DNA of 64,000 bases, taken from assembly GCF_963921235.1 (NCBI RefSeq), contig NC_086107.1, positions 99,822,001 through 99,886,000 of the forward strand. Direction: 5' to 3'. The stretch's first letter is position 1. Each line of letters opens with the position of its first letter. A program made the translations under genes and the position numbers. Under the pieces are notes generated by a model. That model was not told the origin of the DNA. It saw only the letters and a program-made list of their open reading frames with translations, and did not search any database. This DNA is from Mobula hypostoma. Its lineage: Eukaryota. Of the stretch, positions 48,541-62,366 are shown in pieces.

Positions 48541-49529
48541 TCACCTTTATGAATAAACTTTTATTTTGAAATAAACAAACAAATCTTCCATGTAGTGAAT
48601 TCCAGCTCAAAGCATTTCAAAGTTCGATTATGTACATGCCACCACATACCACCAAGGTGCTTTTTTCCTGTGGGCATACTGTGACTGTAAACAGGATCAA
48701 TGAACAACAAATGGTGCAAGTGCAAAAATCAGTAATCCTCAATGAATAACCATATAACAATTACAGCACGGAAACAGGCCATCTCGCCTCTTCTAGTCCA
48801 TGCCGAACTCTTACTCTCACCTAGTCCCACCGACCTGCACTCAGCCCATAACCCTCTATTCTTTTCCGGTTCACATACGAGAGCTTGAAATCTCTTCGCC
48901 ACAGTGGAAGAGTATTTCACTCAACCTGCCGCCCTCTCCCCAGCACCCCACCCTTTTCGAACAGAATTAGGTCATTTGGAAGATCACATTTGCTTTATTC
49001 ATGGTTGATCTTGTTAAGCCCCATTCTTGTTTCTCCCCTTGCCCCCTTAATTTTCAAAGATCTATCACTCTTTTAACTTAAAAGCACCCAACATCTTGGC
49101 CCTCTGTGACAATAGAGAAAATAGTCTGCATCTTTATACTTACTACCAAAGTGTATGACCATACACTTCCCTAAGTTTCCATCTGCCACTTCTTTACCCA
49201 CTCTTAAAACCCGTACACGGCCTGCAGATTCATGCCACTGTGACACTGTCTCTCCATCTATCTTTCTATCATCTGCAAACTTGGCCACAATGCCATTCTA
49301 GTAGGAAGTGATAAGTTGCAGTCCCAACACTGACCACTGCAGAAAACCACTAGTTGCTGGCATCATCCTGAAAAGGAAGCCTTTATCTCCCCTCTGTAAC
49401 AGTCAACCGATCTTCTTTCCATGATAGTAGCTTGGCTCTCGTTATCTTGTTTAGCAGTCTTGTGTGCCCCACCTTGTCAAAGCTACTCTAAAAATCCAGG
49501 TAATCAGAAGTAGGTTTGCTAACATCAGC

Positions 49530-50365
49530 TATCATCATTGGATGCATCAGCACGGGAGATGAGGCTGAGTACAGGGCTACAGTAGGACACTTTGTCACAA
49601 GGTGTGAGCAGAATTATCTGCAGCTTAATGTGAAAAAGACTAAGGAGTTGGTGGTAGACCTGAGGAGAGCTAAGGTACCGGTGACCCCTGTTTCCATCCA
49701 GGGGGTCAGTGTGGACAAATACCTGGGGATATGAATTGACAATAAACTGGACTGGTCAAAGAACACTGAGGCTGTCTACAAGAAGGGTCAGAGCTGTCTC
49801 TATTTCCTGAGGAGACTGAGGTCCTTCAACATCTGCCGGACGATGCTGAGGATGTTCTACGAGTCTGTGGTGGCCAGTGCTATCATGTTTGCTGTTGTGT
49901 GCTGGGGCAGCAGGCTAAGGGTAGCAGACACCAACAGAATCAACAGACTCATTCGTAAGGCCAGTGATGTTGTGGGGATGGAACTGGACTCTCTGACGGT
50001 GGTGTCTGAAAAGAGGATGCTGTCCAAGTTGCATGCCATCTTGGGCAATGTCTCCCATCCATTACATAATGTACTGGTTGGGCACAGGAGTACATTCAGC
50101 CAGAGACTCATTCCACCGAGACGCAACACAGAGCGTCATAGGAAGTCATTCCTGCCTGTGGCCATCAAACTTTACAACTCCTCCACTGGAGGGTCAGACA
50201 CCCTGAGGCAATAGGCTGGTCCTGGACTTATTTCATAATTTACCGGTGTAATTTACATATTACTATTTAACTATTTATGGTTCTATTACTATTTATTATT
50301 TATGGTGCAACTGTAACGAAAAACAATTTCTCCCGGGATCAATAAAGTATGACTAACTAACTAAC
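49530..50365 (+). mobile_element. Rex/Babar LINE 3' part
   Basis: LQLNVKKTKELVVD..YLG, MFYESVVASAIMFAVVCWG...SHPLH...KSFLPVAIKLYN. AATAAA and a (ACTA)n tail. Confidence 0.85.
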
Positions 50366-51410
50366 ACTGACACATGTCATGAAATCTGTTGTTTTGCCGC
50401 ATCAGTGCAATCTATAGAAGTTACAAAAAATAAATAAAGAGTGTGAAAGAGGAATAATGAGGTGGTGTTCATGGTTTCACGGAGCATTCAGAAAGAAACA
50501 CTGAAGAAACTTCTCCTAAAACGTTGAGTGTGGTTTTTTTGGACCCCTGTACCTCCTCCGCAAAGTAACACAAAAAAGGGCATGTCTGTGATGGCGATGG
50601 TCCTTAATGATGGATGCTGAATTTTGAGTCTTGTCCTGGATGGTGTGGAGGGAGGTCTGTGTCCATAATAGAACTGGCTGAGTCTACAACATCCTGCAGC
50701 TTCTTCCTGATCCTGTGCATTGGAGGCTCCTTACCAGGTGGTGATGCAGCCAGTCAGAATGCTCTCTATCGTGCATCTGTAGAAAATTACAAGAGTCTTT
50801 GGTGACATACCAAATCTCCTAAACACAGTAGGGCCATTGGTGTGTCTTCTTCCCGACTGCATTGATATGTTGGGGTCCCAAATAGATCCTTTAAGATGTT
50901 GATACCCAGGAGCTTGAACCTGTTCACTCCTTCCCCAGCTGACCCCTGAACGAGGACTATTGTGTATTCTCCAGACATGCCCTTCTCGAAGTCCACCACC
51001 ACCAGTTCCTAGGTCTTGCTGACGTTCAGTGCGGGATCGTTGTTGCGACACTACTGAACCTTGAGGTGCACCTGCGTTTATAGCCAGCAAGGAGGAGACG
51101 TTATGCATACAGACTCGTTTCTCAATGAGGAAGTCAAGGATCCCGTAGCAGAGGGAGGTCTGGAGGCCCAGGTTTTAAAGCTTGTGGAATCGTACTACTG
51201 GGCTGATGGTGCTGAATGCCGAGCTGTAATTGATAAACAGCAGCCTGACCTTTGTGTTGCTGTTGTCTAGGTGCTCCAAGGTCAAGCAGAGGTGGTGAGG
51301 TTGTGTCTGCTGTAGACCTGTTGCAAATTGTAGCGATCCAAGTCCTTGCTCTTGACCAAACTCTCAAAGCACTTCATCACAGCAGTGTTGACCGTTCTTC
51401 AACAGAACGA

Positions 51411-51937
51411 GGTTAGGAAATTCACTACTCAACTCGTAATTAATCGAAGCTCGCAGTTTATTGTCTCTGTACAAACAACAACATATTATGCTGACCCTGG
51501 GCCAACAACTTGGAACATAAATTCTTCTGTGCCCTCTGTACCAATACGCACTCAGACCATTTGTCCGATTTATAACAGGTGATCGATCCTTTCTTCGCCC
51601 AGCCACTGGCATCGGGGTTCTTCCTTGTGATGGTGGGTCTCTTGAGAGAGTTATCGCTGAAAACACCTGCGAAGTGTCCACTTTTATACTTGTTCCTTAC
51701 CAAGTCAAACATTGCATTCCAGTGTCATTGCCTGTCGGTCATCTGATTGACCTGAAACAAGTTTTATTGGCTGTGTTCCAGGCCAGCATCCATTTATTCC
51801 GCTCTTCCCAGCATGTGACAGTCGGTGATTTATGGCTCTTTGTTCTCTTCAGTAACCAGCTTGAATCACTTCAGGCAGGTACCAACCCCAACATTCACAA
51901 ACGTGCACGTTATGTTAAATCAAAAAAACACCTCACA
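51411..51937 (-). mobile_element. Candidate solo LTR
   Basis: The minus strand begins TGTGAGG (51937), then CCAAT (51770-51766), TATAAAA (51688-51682) and AATAAA (51462-51457), and ends CCTAACC. No clear TSD. Confidence 0.45.
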
Positions 51938-53959
51938 AGTAACTTCTTAATTGGAAGTGAACTCCAGCACAGCAGATTACCTGAAACCTGTGTCTGCTTT
52001 AAAACACAGAAAGCAAAGCAACTCCATCTCACAAAATGGAGGATGTAAAACAGTTCCACAAGATGGTAGCCTCCACCTCCAAGCACATGGCAGGAACAAA
52101 GACAATTGATCCGTCTGCTTCCACCATCCTTGACCCATTCAAGTTCAATGTTTCCTTCCATATTTTAAATCCACCATGGCCAACAGTAGACGTATGTGCT
52201 GTCAGGTTGGTAATTGTGAGGCACACCATCCTGCTCTTGGGCACTGGTATGATTGATGTCTCTGATCTTATGAAAGGTTGACACCCAGCAACTTGAAGCT
52301 GCTCTGAAGCCCCAGCTCCTTCTAAGTTTCCCAAAATTAGACACGATGTGGAAGTCTGGTTGGCAGTGAAGGTGTACTACACCTCCTGTGCATTAGTTGC
52401 TGTTGGTAAGGAATCACAGGCATCTTTATGACAGCCTCTTTAACCCATCCTGACGATATTAAATTAACATGCAGACTACAGGGAACTGAAATAGAAACAG
52501 AAAATGCTGACGTATTTGGTAAGTCAGACTTCAGTTCAAAGAACTTTCATCAGAACTAGGAAGACGAACAATCAAACATTTTAAATTGAGAGGGATTTTT
52601 ATACTGAAAATCTCTTGACTCTGGGAACTGCAGCGCTTTTTGTTAAATGTAATCTTGTATTTGGCCATTTAACCAGCTTACCAACTTATATTTACTATTA
52701 TTTTTCATATTGAGTACAAATTTTGAAATTACTACCATTGCATTGCAGAAAATGTGCAATGAAAAAAACATTAATTCAGCCCAGTTGATCCATGCTGCCA
52801 TGTCACACAGGAGCCTCCACCTTTTATATAGTTCTGGCAGATTATTAATCCCTCACAGCCCTCAGTTAAAAAAAATGAATGTTTAATACAGACCTTATTG
52901 CCTGACTTTGCTCCTGCATTAAATTATTATTCTGATCCTTTAAGCTTGACTAGCCTTTCAACTATTTACAGTGAAACTATGATAACACCATTCAATTACT
53001 TGGAAACCCTGACAGCCTGTCATTTGGGTCACTTATTAATCCAGATGTGAGTCAGGGTCCAAAGTGCAAGTAGGGTGTATAGCCTGGGCTGGGCTCTTTC
53101 TTGATTGGGGACCAGCCGTACGTCCAGGACGATGGGTGAGTCCTGTAGCCGGTGCTACAGAAGAAGCAGCACCCTGGGCCTTTGCTACACCACCATCAAG
53201 AGCACTGACCGTGTGATTCCACACCCACGCTTTGGAAAGTCTGATCACCTGGCTGAACCTCAACTCCCTAAGGCAGAGACTAAAGCCTGCAGCACCAGTA
53301 GTGAGGACCAAGGGTGCAGATGCTTGTATAGTTCCTGCTCCCTTTAAACTCACCGTGCTCATACTACTGTGTGACATGTTGGGGAGGGGAATAAATGAAG
53401 GAGGTCAGCTTCCTTTGTCACGCATACGTGGAAACGTTCTGTCTTTTGCATGGAAAATATGATGAGGGCAGTTCGCTAGTGTCACCAACATAGCATGCCC
53501 ACATCTTTGCATGCTGTCCTAACCCGTGCATCTTTGGAATGTGAGAGGAAGCTGGAGCACCCAGAGGAAATCAACGGGAGCCACAGGGAGAACCTATGAA
53601 CTTACAGGCGGCGGTGGGAATCGAACTCCTCTCGCTGCTGACGCTGTAAAGCGATGTGCTAACCACTGCGCTACCGCGCCGTCCTAGTGAAAGTGAAATA
53701 AGAGTGCGTTTGGGTATTAAGTATGTTTGGCCGAGGGTTGATCTTGAAAGAAGCTGGGCAACCTTGGCGACTGAAAAATCCCGATCGGCTTGTCCCATTA
53801 ACAGATCGAGCAACAGCATCTCTCTCAATAGCCGCGCTCATTTGTGAAGGGCATGAAACATAGCAAACTATTCCAGGGCATTTCACACTGACGCTCTCAA
53901 AAACATTTTGATATCGAGTCACATCAGCTGGCACTTGGGCTGCTAGCTAGTGAGTTTCA

Positions 53960-54617
53960 TATACTTCATACTTTATTGTCGCCAAACAATTGATACTAGA
54001 ACGTACAATCATCACAGCAATATTTGATTCTGCGCTTCCCGCTCCCTGGAGTACAAATCAATAGTAAATATTAAAAATTTAAATTATAAATCATAAATAG
54101 AAAAATGGAAAGTAAGGTAGTGCAAAAAAACCGAGAGGCAGGTCCAGTTATTTGGAGGGTACGGCCCAGATCCGGGTCAGGATCTGTTCAGCAGTCTTAT
54201 CACAGTTGGAAAGAAGCTGTTCCCAAATCTGGCCGTACGAGTCTTCAAGCTCCTGAGCCTTCTCCCGGAGGGAAGAGGGACAAAAAGTGTGTTGGCTGGG
54301 TGGGTCGTGTCCTTGATTATCCTGGCAGCACTGCTCCGACAGCATGCGGTGTAAAGTGAGTCCAAGGACGGAAGATTGGTTTGTGTGATGTGCTGCGCCG
54401 TGTTCACGATCTTCTGCAGCTTCTTCCGGTCTTGGACAGGACGACTTCCATACCAGGTTGTGATGCACCCTAGAAGAATGCTTTCTACGGTGCATCTATA
54501 AAAATTAGTGAGGGTTTTAGGGGACAGGCCAAAGTTCTTTAGTTTCCTCAGGAAGTAAAGGCGCTGGTGGGCCTTCTTGGCAGTGAACTCTGCTTGGTTG
54601 GACCAAGTCAGGTCATT
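53960..54617 (-). mobile_element. Young Rex/Babar LINE 3' end
   Basis: NTAQHITQTNLPSLDSLYT...HPANTLFVPLPSGRRLRSLKTRTARFGNSFFPTVIRLLN, with a GAAGTAT-repeat tail. Confidence 0.85.
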
Positions 54618-55562
54618 AGATTAGAGAGCTTTGGAGTGGAAATACTGCAGCTCGGTTTAAATCATAAGCTGAGCCACAATTGCCAGTGGTGAAAGAAGAA
54701 ATTTGGTTTGTGGTAAGTGTCAGTAATTGGAGAGGTGCAGCAATCTCATTGGGTGGTAAGGATACAGAAATTGCTATATCTTGCCACTCATCTTTTTGCT
54801 AAAGGTAGTGGTTTTAAGCATGCCACCTACTATCGATGATTATGAATCGCATGGCAATTAAACCTGAGTGATTTGGGGAAATTTAAAATCAGGCCAGCAG
54901 CTGAGCAGAACGTTGCAAGAGTCCTCCTGACGTATCGGGTGTTCCCGGACGGGCTGCAACCAAGATCAAAAATCGCAACAAAATGCTGCAAAATCTCAGC
55001 AGGTCAGGCTGGGGTTTTCAAGCACTTTCTGTTTTTATTTCAGTTTTTTCCCTCATCTGCAGTCTTTCTTTTGACGTATTTTCTAACCATGTCCAATGCT
55101 TCCTGGCTAGAGTCTGTCTCTATGATGGAATGGTTAAGTCACAGAGCATGGAAATAAGGCCATCAGCCCAACTCATCCATGCCAACTATGTGGCCCAGCA
55201 AGCTGGTCCAATCTGGCTCACAGCCCACAATCTCTCCTATCCACGTACTGCTCCAGATAGCTTCTAATATGGCTATCTCAACCACTATTTCTGGCAGTTC
55301 AGTTCAAATACTCACCACTCTTTGCATGAAGAAATCTATGCCCCTTTGTTTTTAGTGCCCTCTCCCTGGCGAAAAAAGACTCTGCTTTTTAACCAGTCCA
55401 TGTACCACATGATCTTATGTACCTCTGTCAGGTCACCCCTCAATCTTCTGTGTTCCAGGGAACAAAGACCTTAAGATATAGGAGCAGAATTAAGTCAATC
55501 GTCCCATCAAGTCTGCTCCGCCATTTCTTCATGGTTGATCCACTTCCCTCTTCTTGTACTAG

Positions 55563-55842
55563 TGTTGGCGCATGGCCAAGCGGTTAAGGCATCGGTCTAG
55601 TGATCTGAAGGTCACTAGTTCGAGCCTCAGCTGAGGCAGCGTGTTGTGTCCTTGAGTAAGGCACTTAACCACACTTTGCTCTGCGATGACACCGGTGCCA
55701 AGCTCTATGGGTCCTAATGCCCTTGGAGAACATCAGTGGCGTGGAGAGGGGAGACTTGCAGCATGGGCAACTGCCTGTCTTCCATACAGCCCTGCCCAGG
55801 CCAACAGTCAACATCGAAATCAATGGACAACCGAAGAAGAAG
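55563..55842 (+). mobile_element. tRNA-derived SINE with (GAA)n tail
   Basis: A box TGGCCAAGCGG and B box GTTCGAGCC. Body shared with 15205-15510. Confidence 0.8.
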
Positions 55843-56477
55843 TAGACTAGTCTACAATACCTCTCAGGCCCCCAATGCCAGGCAACATCCAGGTAAATCT
55901 TCGTTTAACTTCTGGGTCACTTTCAGGGTGGACTCGATACGGCACAGCTCGATAGATACAATTAAATATTCCCATTTCAGCCTGCTACAGCGGAGAGTCA
56001 CAATTGCATCCAAGGTCTATACAGTTAATAAAGATGTTTTAATGCGATCAGACAATGTATCGCTGCTAAAACTGACGGAAATAATACCAACTGTAGCTGT
56101 AATATCCTTACTTCTCATCGGAAGTGTGGTTGCCGCACTGGGCTACAAGTGTGTTTTTAAAAAAAGAGGTTATCGACTCCCAGTACTGACTATATTGTTG
56201 CTGGCAAATATATGTATCCTGGTAAATAAAACTGACAATCTCAGAGGTAGTTACCCAACTGGACCAAATTAAAGGCCATCCACCTGCAGGAAGGCAATGA
56301 AGGCACTCCATTATCTGCACCAGGTGTCGCCACTGATATTGTTCACTTACTGTCAATCAAAAGAACACGGCAGTGTATACTCAATGAATTCCTCCATTGA
56401 TAACTATTATGATGGTAATAATCAATAAGTATTGGTAGTGTTCAATTTAGTATTTTATTTAAATACATACGTAAGCA

Positions 56478-57120
56478 GGAGAAGATGGCGGTGCACGGCC
56501 ACTTCGGTGATGATATCTGTTATCTGTCAAGTAGGGGACCGTGCACAATTCTGATTTGATGGAGACGGACGTGAGAGCATGGAGGAACATCTGGAAAACT
56601 TCTGAAATGCCTGCTTCGCTGTCGCTGCTACTGTGTGGTAACCGGAATCTCCGGAGCTGAAGGCCCCAAAATCCTTGGCTTTGCGTGTTTCAGCGGCCGG
56701 GGCGAGGTTGAAGGCGCTCGGCAGAGGATGACGCTCAGGAGGCTGTATTGGAGGAGGCTGGTCGGAAGCTCGAAGTTTTCGGATGGATGGATTCAGTGTT
56801 GGCTGTGGTCGGCTGCTTCCAAGGCATCGGCAAGTTGATGGTGCCTGGAGGTTTATGGCAGGTTTATGGGATCGACTCGCGGACTTTGAGACTTTTGTTT
56901 ACTGTGCCCATGGTCTGTTCTTCATCAAATTATGGTATTGCTTTGCACTGCTGTTAACTATATGTTATAATTATGTGGTTCTGTCAGTGTTAGTCTTTGG
57001 TTTGTCCTGTTTTCTGTGATATCACTCCAGAGAAACATTGTATCATTTCTTAAGGCATGTATGCTTTTCTAAATGACAATAAAAAGAGGACTGAGTGTTC
57101 TCATAATCTAATCTAATCTA
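56478..57120 (+). mobile_element. Short non-autonomous retroelement (second copy), (ATCTA)n tail
   Basis: Collinear with 34005-34580. Confidence 0.7.
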
Positions 57121-57899
57121 ATTTGTTACTCAGTTAATTGGTAGTTTGTCTTCTTATTTGGATGAAACTTCAGCTAATTGGGGCAGCTGCTTAACTGGGC
57201 CAAAATGTTCTGGTCCCGATGTGTCCCATTTAACCAGAAGCCACCGTATGTGTAACACATTATTGTTTCATCAAACAACTGGGTCAAAGCAGTTGAGCAC
57301 AGGTTGTTTTTGACAATTTTTTCAGGGTTTCATAGACTGTATTTTTCCATGTAGAAATTATTTTTACATTTTTGCATATTGTATTGAGGGGTTTTTCCAC
57401 AACTGATGGTAAACCCATCAAACCAGCTTTAACAAGCAGTGTTGTGGCACGAGTCACAATGCTTTACTGTACCAGCGACCTGGGTTCAATTCTTCCCGCT
57501 GCCTTTAAGGAGTTGGTACGTTCTCCCCTTAATCACGTGGGTTTCCTCCGGGTGCTCCAGATTCGTCCCAAAATCTGGTGGTAGGTTAATTGGTTGTTGT
57601 AAATTGTCCCGTGATCAGGCTAGGATTAAATCAGGGGTTGCTGAGCTGTATCTCAATAAATAGGTAAACAAGTCATAGAGTGACTGAGTGATAGTGTATA
57701 GAAATCAGGCCCTTCAGCCCATCATCCTCTGCTAGTCCCATTTTTCATTCTCCCACATCCTTATGAATTCCCTCAGATTCTATTAATATAAAAATTGAAT
57801 TTGAAATAAAATCATGAAAAGTCTTGAATTTTTTTTTTGGGGGGGAGCTTAAGTCCAGAGCTGTACTATTTCCACTACCACCGCTGCTGGCACTTCCTA

Positions 57900-58950
57900 T
57901 CGAGTCATTCTGACTGATGACTCCCTGCAGTTCCAACAGCAGACCGGATTATCATCTCCAGAGTCCTTGTGAGACGGAAAGACAGCAAGCTTTGCAATGT
58001 CTTCAGCAACCCTGCAGGTGGAGCACAACAACAGTTTTCCTGGTCGAGACCAAAACGGTTCAGATAGACTTCCTCCTTGTCTTTCAAGCACTTGCTGTCT
58101 GATGCGCCAGTGGCTCTGACCACTGCTTCCTTCTGGCTGACTGTTGCCTACAGAAGTACCTCAGGGCTGACCGGAGAACATTGAAGTCGGATATCAAGTT
58201 GCTGACCCAGATATTATTGAGAAACCTAAGAGGTATTAAATGGTGGAGAGACCATGAAGCCACTCTTTGGCTCCCTGAATGTCTAGTAGGGAGAATTGAA
58301 GGACATCAATGGGAATTCATCAGTGCATTCAGAAAGCAAGACTGCCACAGGGAAATTGGACAAACTCTAAAAGACATGTCGAATCTGCTCCTGCTGCAAA
58401 CAATGGGATGGATGTAGAGGAGGAACTCTGAGCGGAAAGTGCCAGCGGGCCTTGATGTTTGCCTTGGTGTCCACTAAGATCGTCTTCCGATCCGGAGACT
58501 TCTTAGTGGAGTATGTGGAGAAGGTGTGGCCCGTATCTCACTGCTGTCTGTAGCAGCCAACCAACCCATCTTTAGACTCAGCTGGAGGTTTTGAATGGGG
58601 TCCAGAGAAAGGGGTCCCAACGTTGCCCCGTTCTCAACGGCCACCTTTTTATGTGCCTGCATCAAGCTTTGTGTACACAAACATCTAGTGCGGCTAACTC
58701 TCTCCCCCACCCACCCTTTTGCAAAGGAGGATCCTGACCTTGGTGCCATTCAATATTACACTCTGTTGGACCTAACTGCATTAAAGGTCCTTCATGGAAA
58801 AGTTTCAGCAGTTAAAAAAACATTTTTGACAGCATCCATCAGGCAGGTGTCAGCACAGAATGAACTGGAAGCTCTGCAGAAGAAGATGGTGGATCTAGTG
58901 GGGTGGTTTCCAATGCAAACTGTTCAAGTAATTCGGCAGAGTCCTCATCG
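57900..58950 (+). mobile_element. Heavily deleted Tx1/L1-like LINE remnant
   Basis: Patchy motifs DIKLLTQIL and SIRQVSAQNELEALQKKMVDLVGWFPMQTVQVI resemble a non-LTR ORF2. No intact frame. Confidence 0.4.
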
Positions 58951-61600
58951 CCAAACCCCTCCCAACTGTCGTGAGAGGGACCCTCCCCATCGGATTCTTC
59001 CCACACAGCCGGAAAATCACTCTGGCTGCATACTGCCCTTGAGGGGGCTGAGGTGCGGGTAAGAAAATCATCTTCCACCTCATGGACTGCGTGTTTGACA
59101 AGAAGATCTGGAAACGGATGGGAAGAACCTTGTCGAGATCTCACAAAAACAATTTTTATTAGAACCAGCAGCATTATAATGGAGACAACATGGTGTTACA
59201 TAAGGAAACCCAATAATGCTGTTCAGATGCCTCTCGATCTCAATCTATTTCATCACGGCTCTTTCACCTTATTGATTATCTGCACGGCACTTTCTCACTA
59301 ATTTTGCATATTGTTATTGCCTTTCCCTTTGTACTATCTTGGAAATATCAGTATGGGTGATGTGCAAAACAAATGTCTCACTGTATCTCGGTACATGTGA
59401 CAAAAATAAACCAATTACCGACTGAAAATCATAATTTTATGGGTTTCACGTCATGGCTTTTGTTTTGGACAGCTCAATACTCCTTCAACATAACACCTAT
59501 TTTAACATTAAATCCCATGGCTCACAGGCCTCTCCTAGTCTACATCCTCGGTTTCTGGTTCTTTCGTTGAAGGCCATTTCTCATGTGTCCCCAATGTCCC
59601 ATTGAAGGTGTTTTGTTGAAGATGCATCATTGAAATGTTCCCACAGCCAATAGACTCACTTTCAGAGACTCTTCATCTCATGTTCTTGATATTTATTGTT
59701 TGTTTATTTATTATTTCTTCTTTTTGTATTTACATTGTTTGTTGTCTTCTGCACTCTGGTTGAATGCCCTAGTTGGGTAAAATTTTATTGATTCTGTAAT
59801 GGTTGTTATTCTATGCCCACAAGAAAATGATAATAACATTTACTTTGAAAACCCTTGCTGTCCCAGAGTTGTAACCCTCTCCCTCCAGTCCAGTTTTGTG
59901 AAAACACTCCCCTTACTTTATGTTGCAACCCAGAGACCATCTGCACATTCTCCACAGGATATTTTTAAAGCTGCAGTTTCGCAGTGAGTGTGCCCACTGG
60001 TTTCTGTGTATTTTAAAAACATTCGTGCCTCTAAGGTATTTCACCCAATTATCCAATGCTCTTTAAATACAAGTGGCATTACATCCAAAGCTATTTCTGG
60101 TGTACAGCTGCTTGCATTGGTTATCATGGCAGGAGCAAGAATGTGAGTGAATTTCTCCCCACATTACCCGTTCCCCTTACTGACAAAGTTCCTCTATTAG
60201 TGGTTCTGTGATCAGTTATCTTGTGACTGTACTAATTGAGATCAGTACAGATCCAGAGTCCAAAAGGGGCTTTGTGTATCTCACCATTGAGTTAACCCAT
60301 CAAATTCTCAGACTGTTATTTCATCTATTTCCACAATCACTGAGCGACATAATGCAATATATAATTGATGCAAATTTTATTTCAAAAGCAGTAGTTTAGA
60401 TTAACATGATTGCAAAATAATTTGTACAAATATTTATATACAGAACATCAAAAAATAGAAAAAGGTCTATAACTTTAAAAAACTTCACATACCAAGGGAC
60501 AATCAGACAAAATTTAATGCCAGGTTAATAGGACCGCTGACCAAAGACTTGGTCTGAGGAGGGAGATCTGGGGTAGGGAAATTAGAAGGTGGGGAGTACA
60601 CAGTTCATGGGCTGGGCAGCTAAAAGGTACATTGCTGATTGCAACACAAAGGTGGATCCAACTGTTAATTGTACTCTTAGCATTTACAACAGTTCATGTT
60701 TGAAAGCAAACCAAAAGGAATTTTATTTTAAGAAAATATGCAAACATTTCGTATTTCTCATTGTCTGATGCAGTTTGTTGAAAGGCAGGACACAGACCTG
60801 GATTTTCCCCAGGAGCTGTAGATAGTGGAGATCAATTATTATCTTTAAATACTGAGACCGATAGACTTCTGTTTGGCAAGAATATAGATAGATTTTGAGT
60901 AAAGCTGGCGAATGGTGCAGTTCAGCTTTGATTTAATTGAATCATGGATCCAATTCAAGGATCTAAGTGCTTCCTGTTCCTGTGCTCCTTCCTGATCCTG
61001 TATTTTCTTCCCTGAGCTCTTTCTTCCAGTACCTGATACAGTGCAGGACCAAGATCAGGCAAGGACCTGAGTAACTGGACACTGGCCCCAGTCTTCCAGT
61101 GCATGGGTCTGGAGCACCATTTCTGCATGGGCAGAGCACCACAGGGCTTCAGAGAAGATTGACAAAACTTCTTTTTCCAAGAGCACCCAAAATACTTAAA
61201 AACCCTGAGAATCTCACTAACCATGGTGCAGTACTGTCCAAATGATCCATTTTAATGTGAGTTGCCTCAGAGCCAAATATTGCTGGCACTACAAGAATTT
61301 AGAACTCTGCTCTAACTTTGCTCTTGAATTCTCAAATAGGCTGCTGGGATCTTAATTTAACATTTTGTCCAAAGCATAGCATCTCTGTCAGTAGGGCACT
61401 GCACAGGGATAATCAGCCTAGATCAAGTGTTCTAGTCACTGGAGCAGGACTTGGACCCACACCCCTCAGACTACAAGGTGAGAGTACAACCCACTTAGCC
61501 ACCGCTGACATATGATACAATTCAGTTAGTGCTGCAGATACAGACATGTCAGAGAAGAGGTCCATTTGGGTTGAAATCCTGTGCTTCGTGTCCAACGGGC

Positions 61601-61740
61601 TCACAGCAGATACCATCCAAAGCCAAGTGACACTACCACTAAGCCAAAAAAGAGAGCGAATCGCAGGCTGGAACTGTCCGTCAGTAAGTCGCGTGGTTGT
61701 GAAGGCTGATACAGAGTGTCTCTTTTGTGCGCTGCCCGTT
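61601..61740 (-). CDS. HMOX1: Heme oxygenase 1, last coding exon (C-terminal membrane anchor)
   Basis: Acceptor TTCTTCACAG, phase 1. Reads (E)RAAHKRDTLYQPSQPRDLLTDSSSLRFALFFGLVVVSLGFGWYLL*. This frame is not in the ORF track. Confidence 0.88.
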
Positions 61741-62275
61741 CTGTGAAGAAAGCAGATTACTGTCATTGGCCAATTATAACCAGCCAGTGGTTGTAAGTAA
61801 CACACAAATATGCTGGAGGAACTTGGCAAGTCAGGCAGCATCTAGGGAGGGAAATAAGCAGTTGATGTTTCAGGCCGACTGTTCATTCCCCTCCATAGAT
61901 ACTGCCCAACTTGGAGTTCCTGCAGTATTTTGTGTGCATTGTCTAAGATTTCCAAAATTTGCAGAATTCCCTATGTCAGTGGTTGCAAGAATTATTGTGT
62001 TTACATTAAAACGGAATATTCTTTTATCCTCGTGCAAGCCTTTGTGTTCTATTTGTTTCTACCTCCTCCTTTTGCAGGAGGCTACAGATGTTATTTGACT
62101 CCTAGGCAAGGCTAGGGTTACCCAACACCAGCTTAGTAACCCATCCCATTTCCACCCACTAACCCGCTCTTTTAGAGTTCTCCTTTCTGGGCATCCACTA
62201 GAATCAACACCCCCCCCCCCACCTCCCGGAGTCTTCCATACGCAGTTATGCCCCTCTCACATTTATTTCCCTTAC

Positions 62276-62366
62276 CCTGAACAACCGTACGTTTTCGGAT
62301 CTCACTGTCATGTACAGGGCCGTTTCTCTCTGACCCAGAGCTCAGTCTCTGGAGTTCACTGAAAAC
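62276..62366 (-). CDS. HMOX1: Heme oxygenase 1, penultimate exon
   Basis: TTTGCAG|VFSELQRLSSGSERNGPVHDSEIRKRTVVQ, then G|GTAAGG. 91 nt, phase 0-1. Confidence 0.88.

Noticed and set aside
55563..55640. Apparent tRNA gene (also at about 15440-15510)
   Set aside because: It has A and B boxes but no proper cloverleaf and continues into a shared SINE body.
55736..56272. 178-aa ORF with hydrophobic segments
   Set aside because: It starts inside a SINE, runs through repeat-like DNA, and has no recognisable domain or splice support.
61413..61841. 142-aa ORF as the HMOX1 last exon
   Set aside because: Wrong frame. The phase-1 splice gives a different frame ending in a transmembrane tail at 61601.
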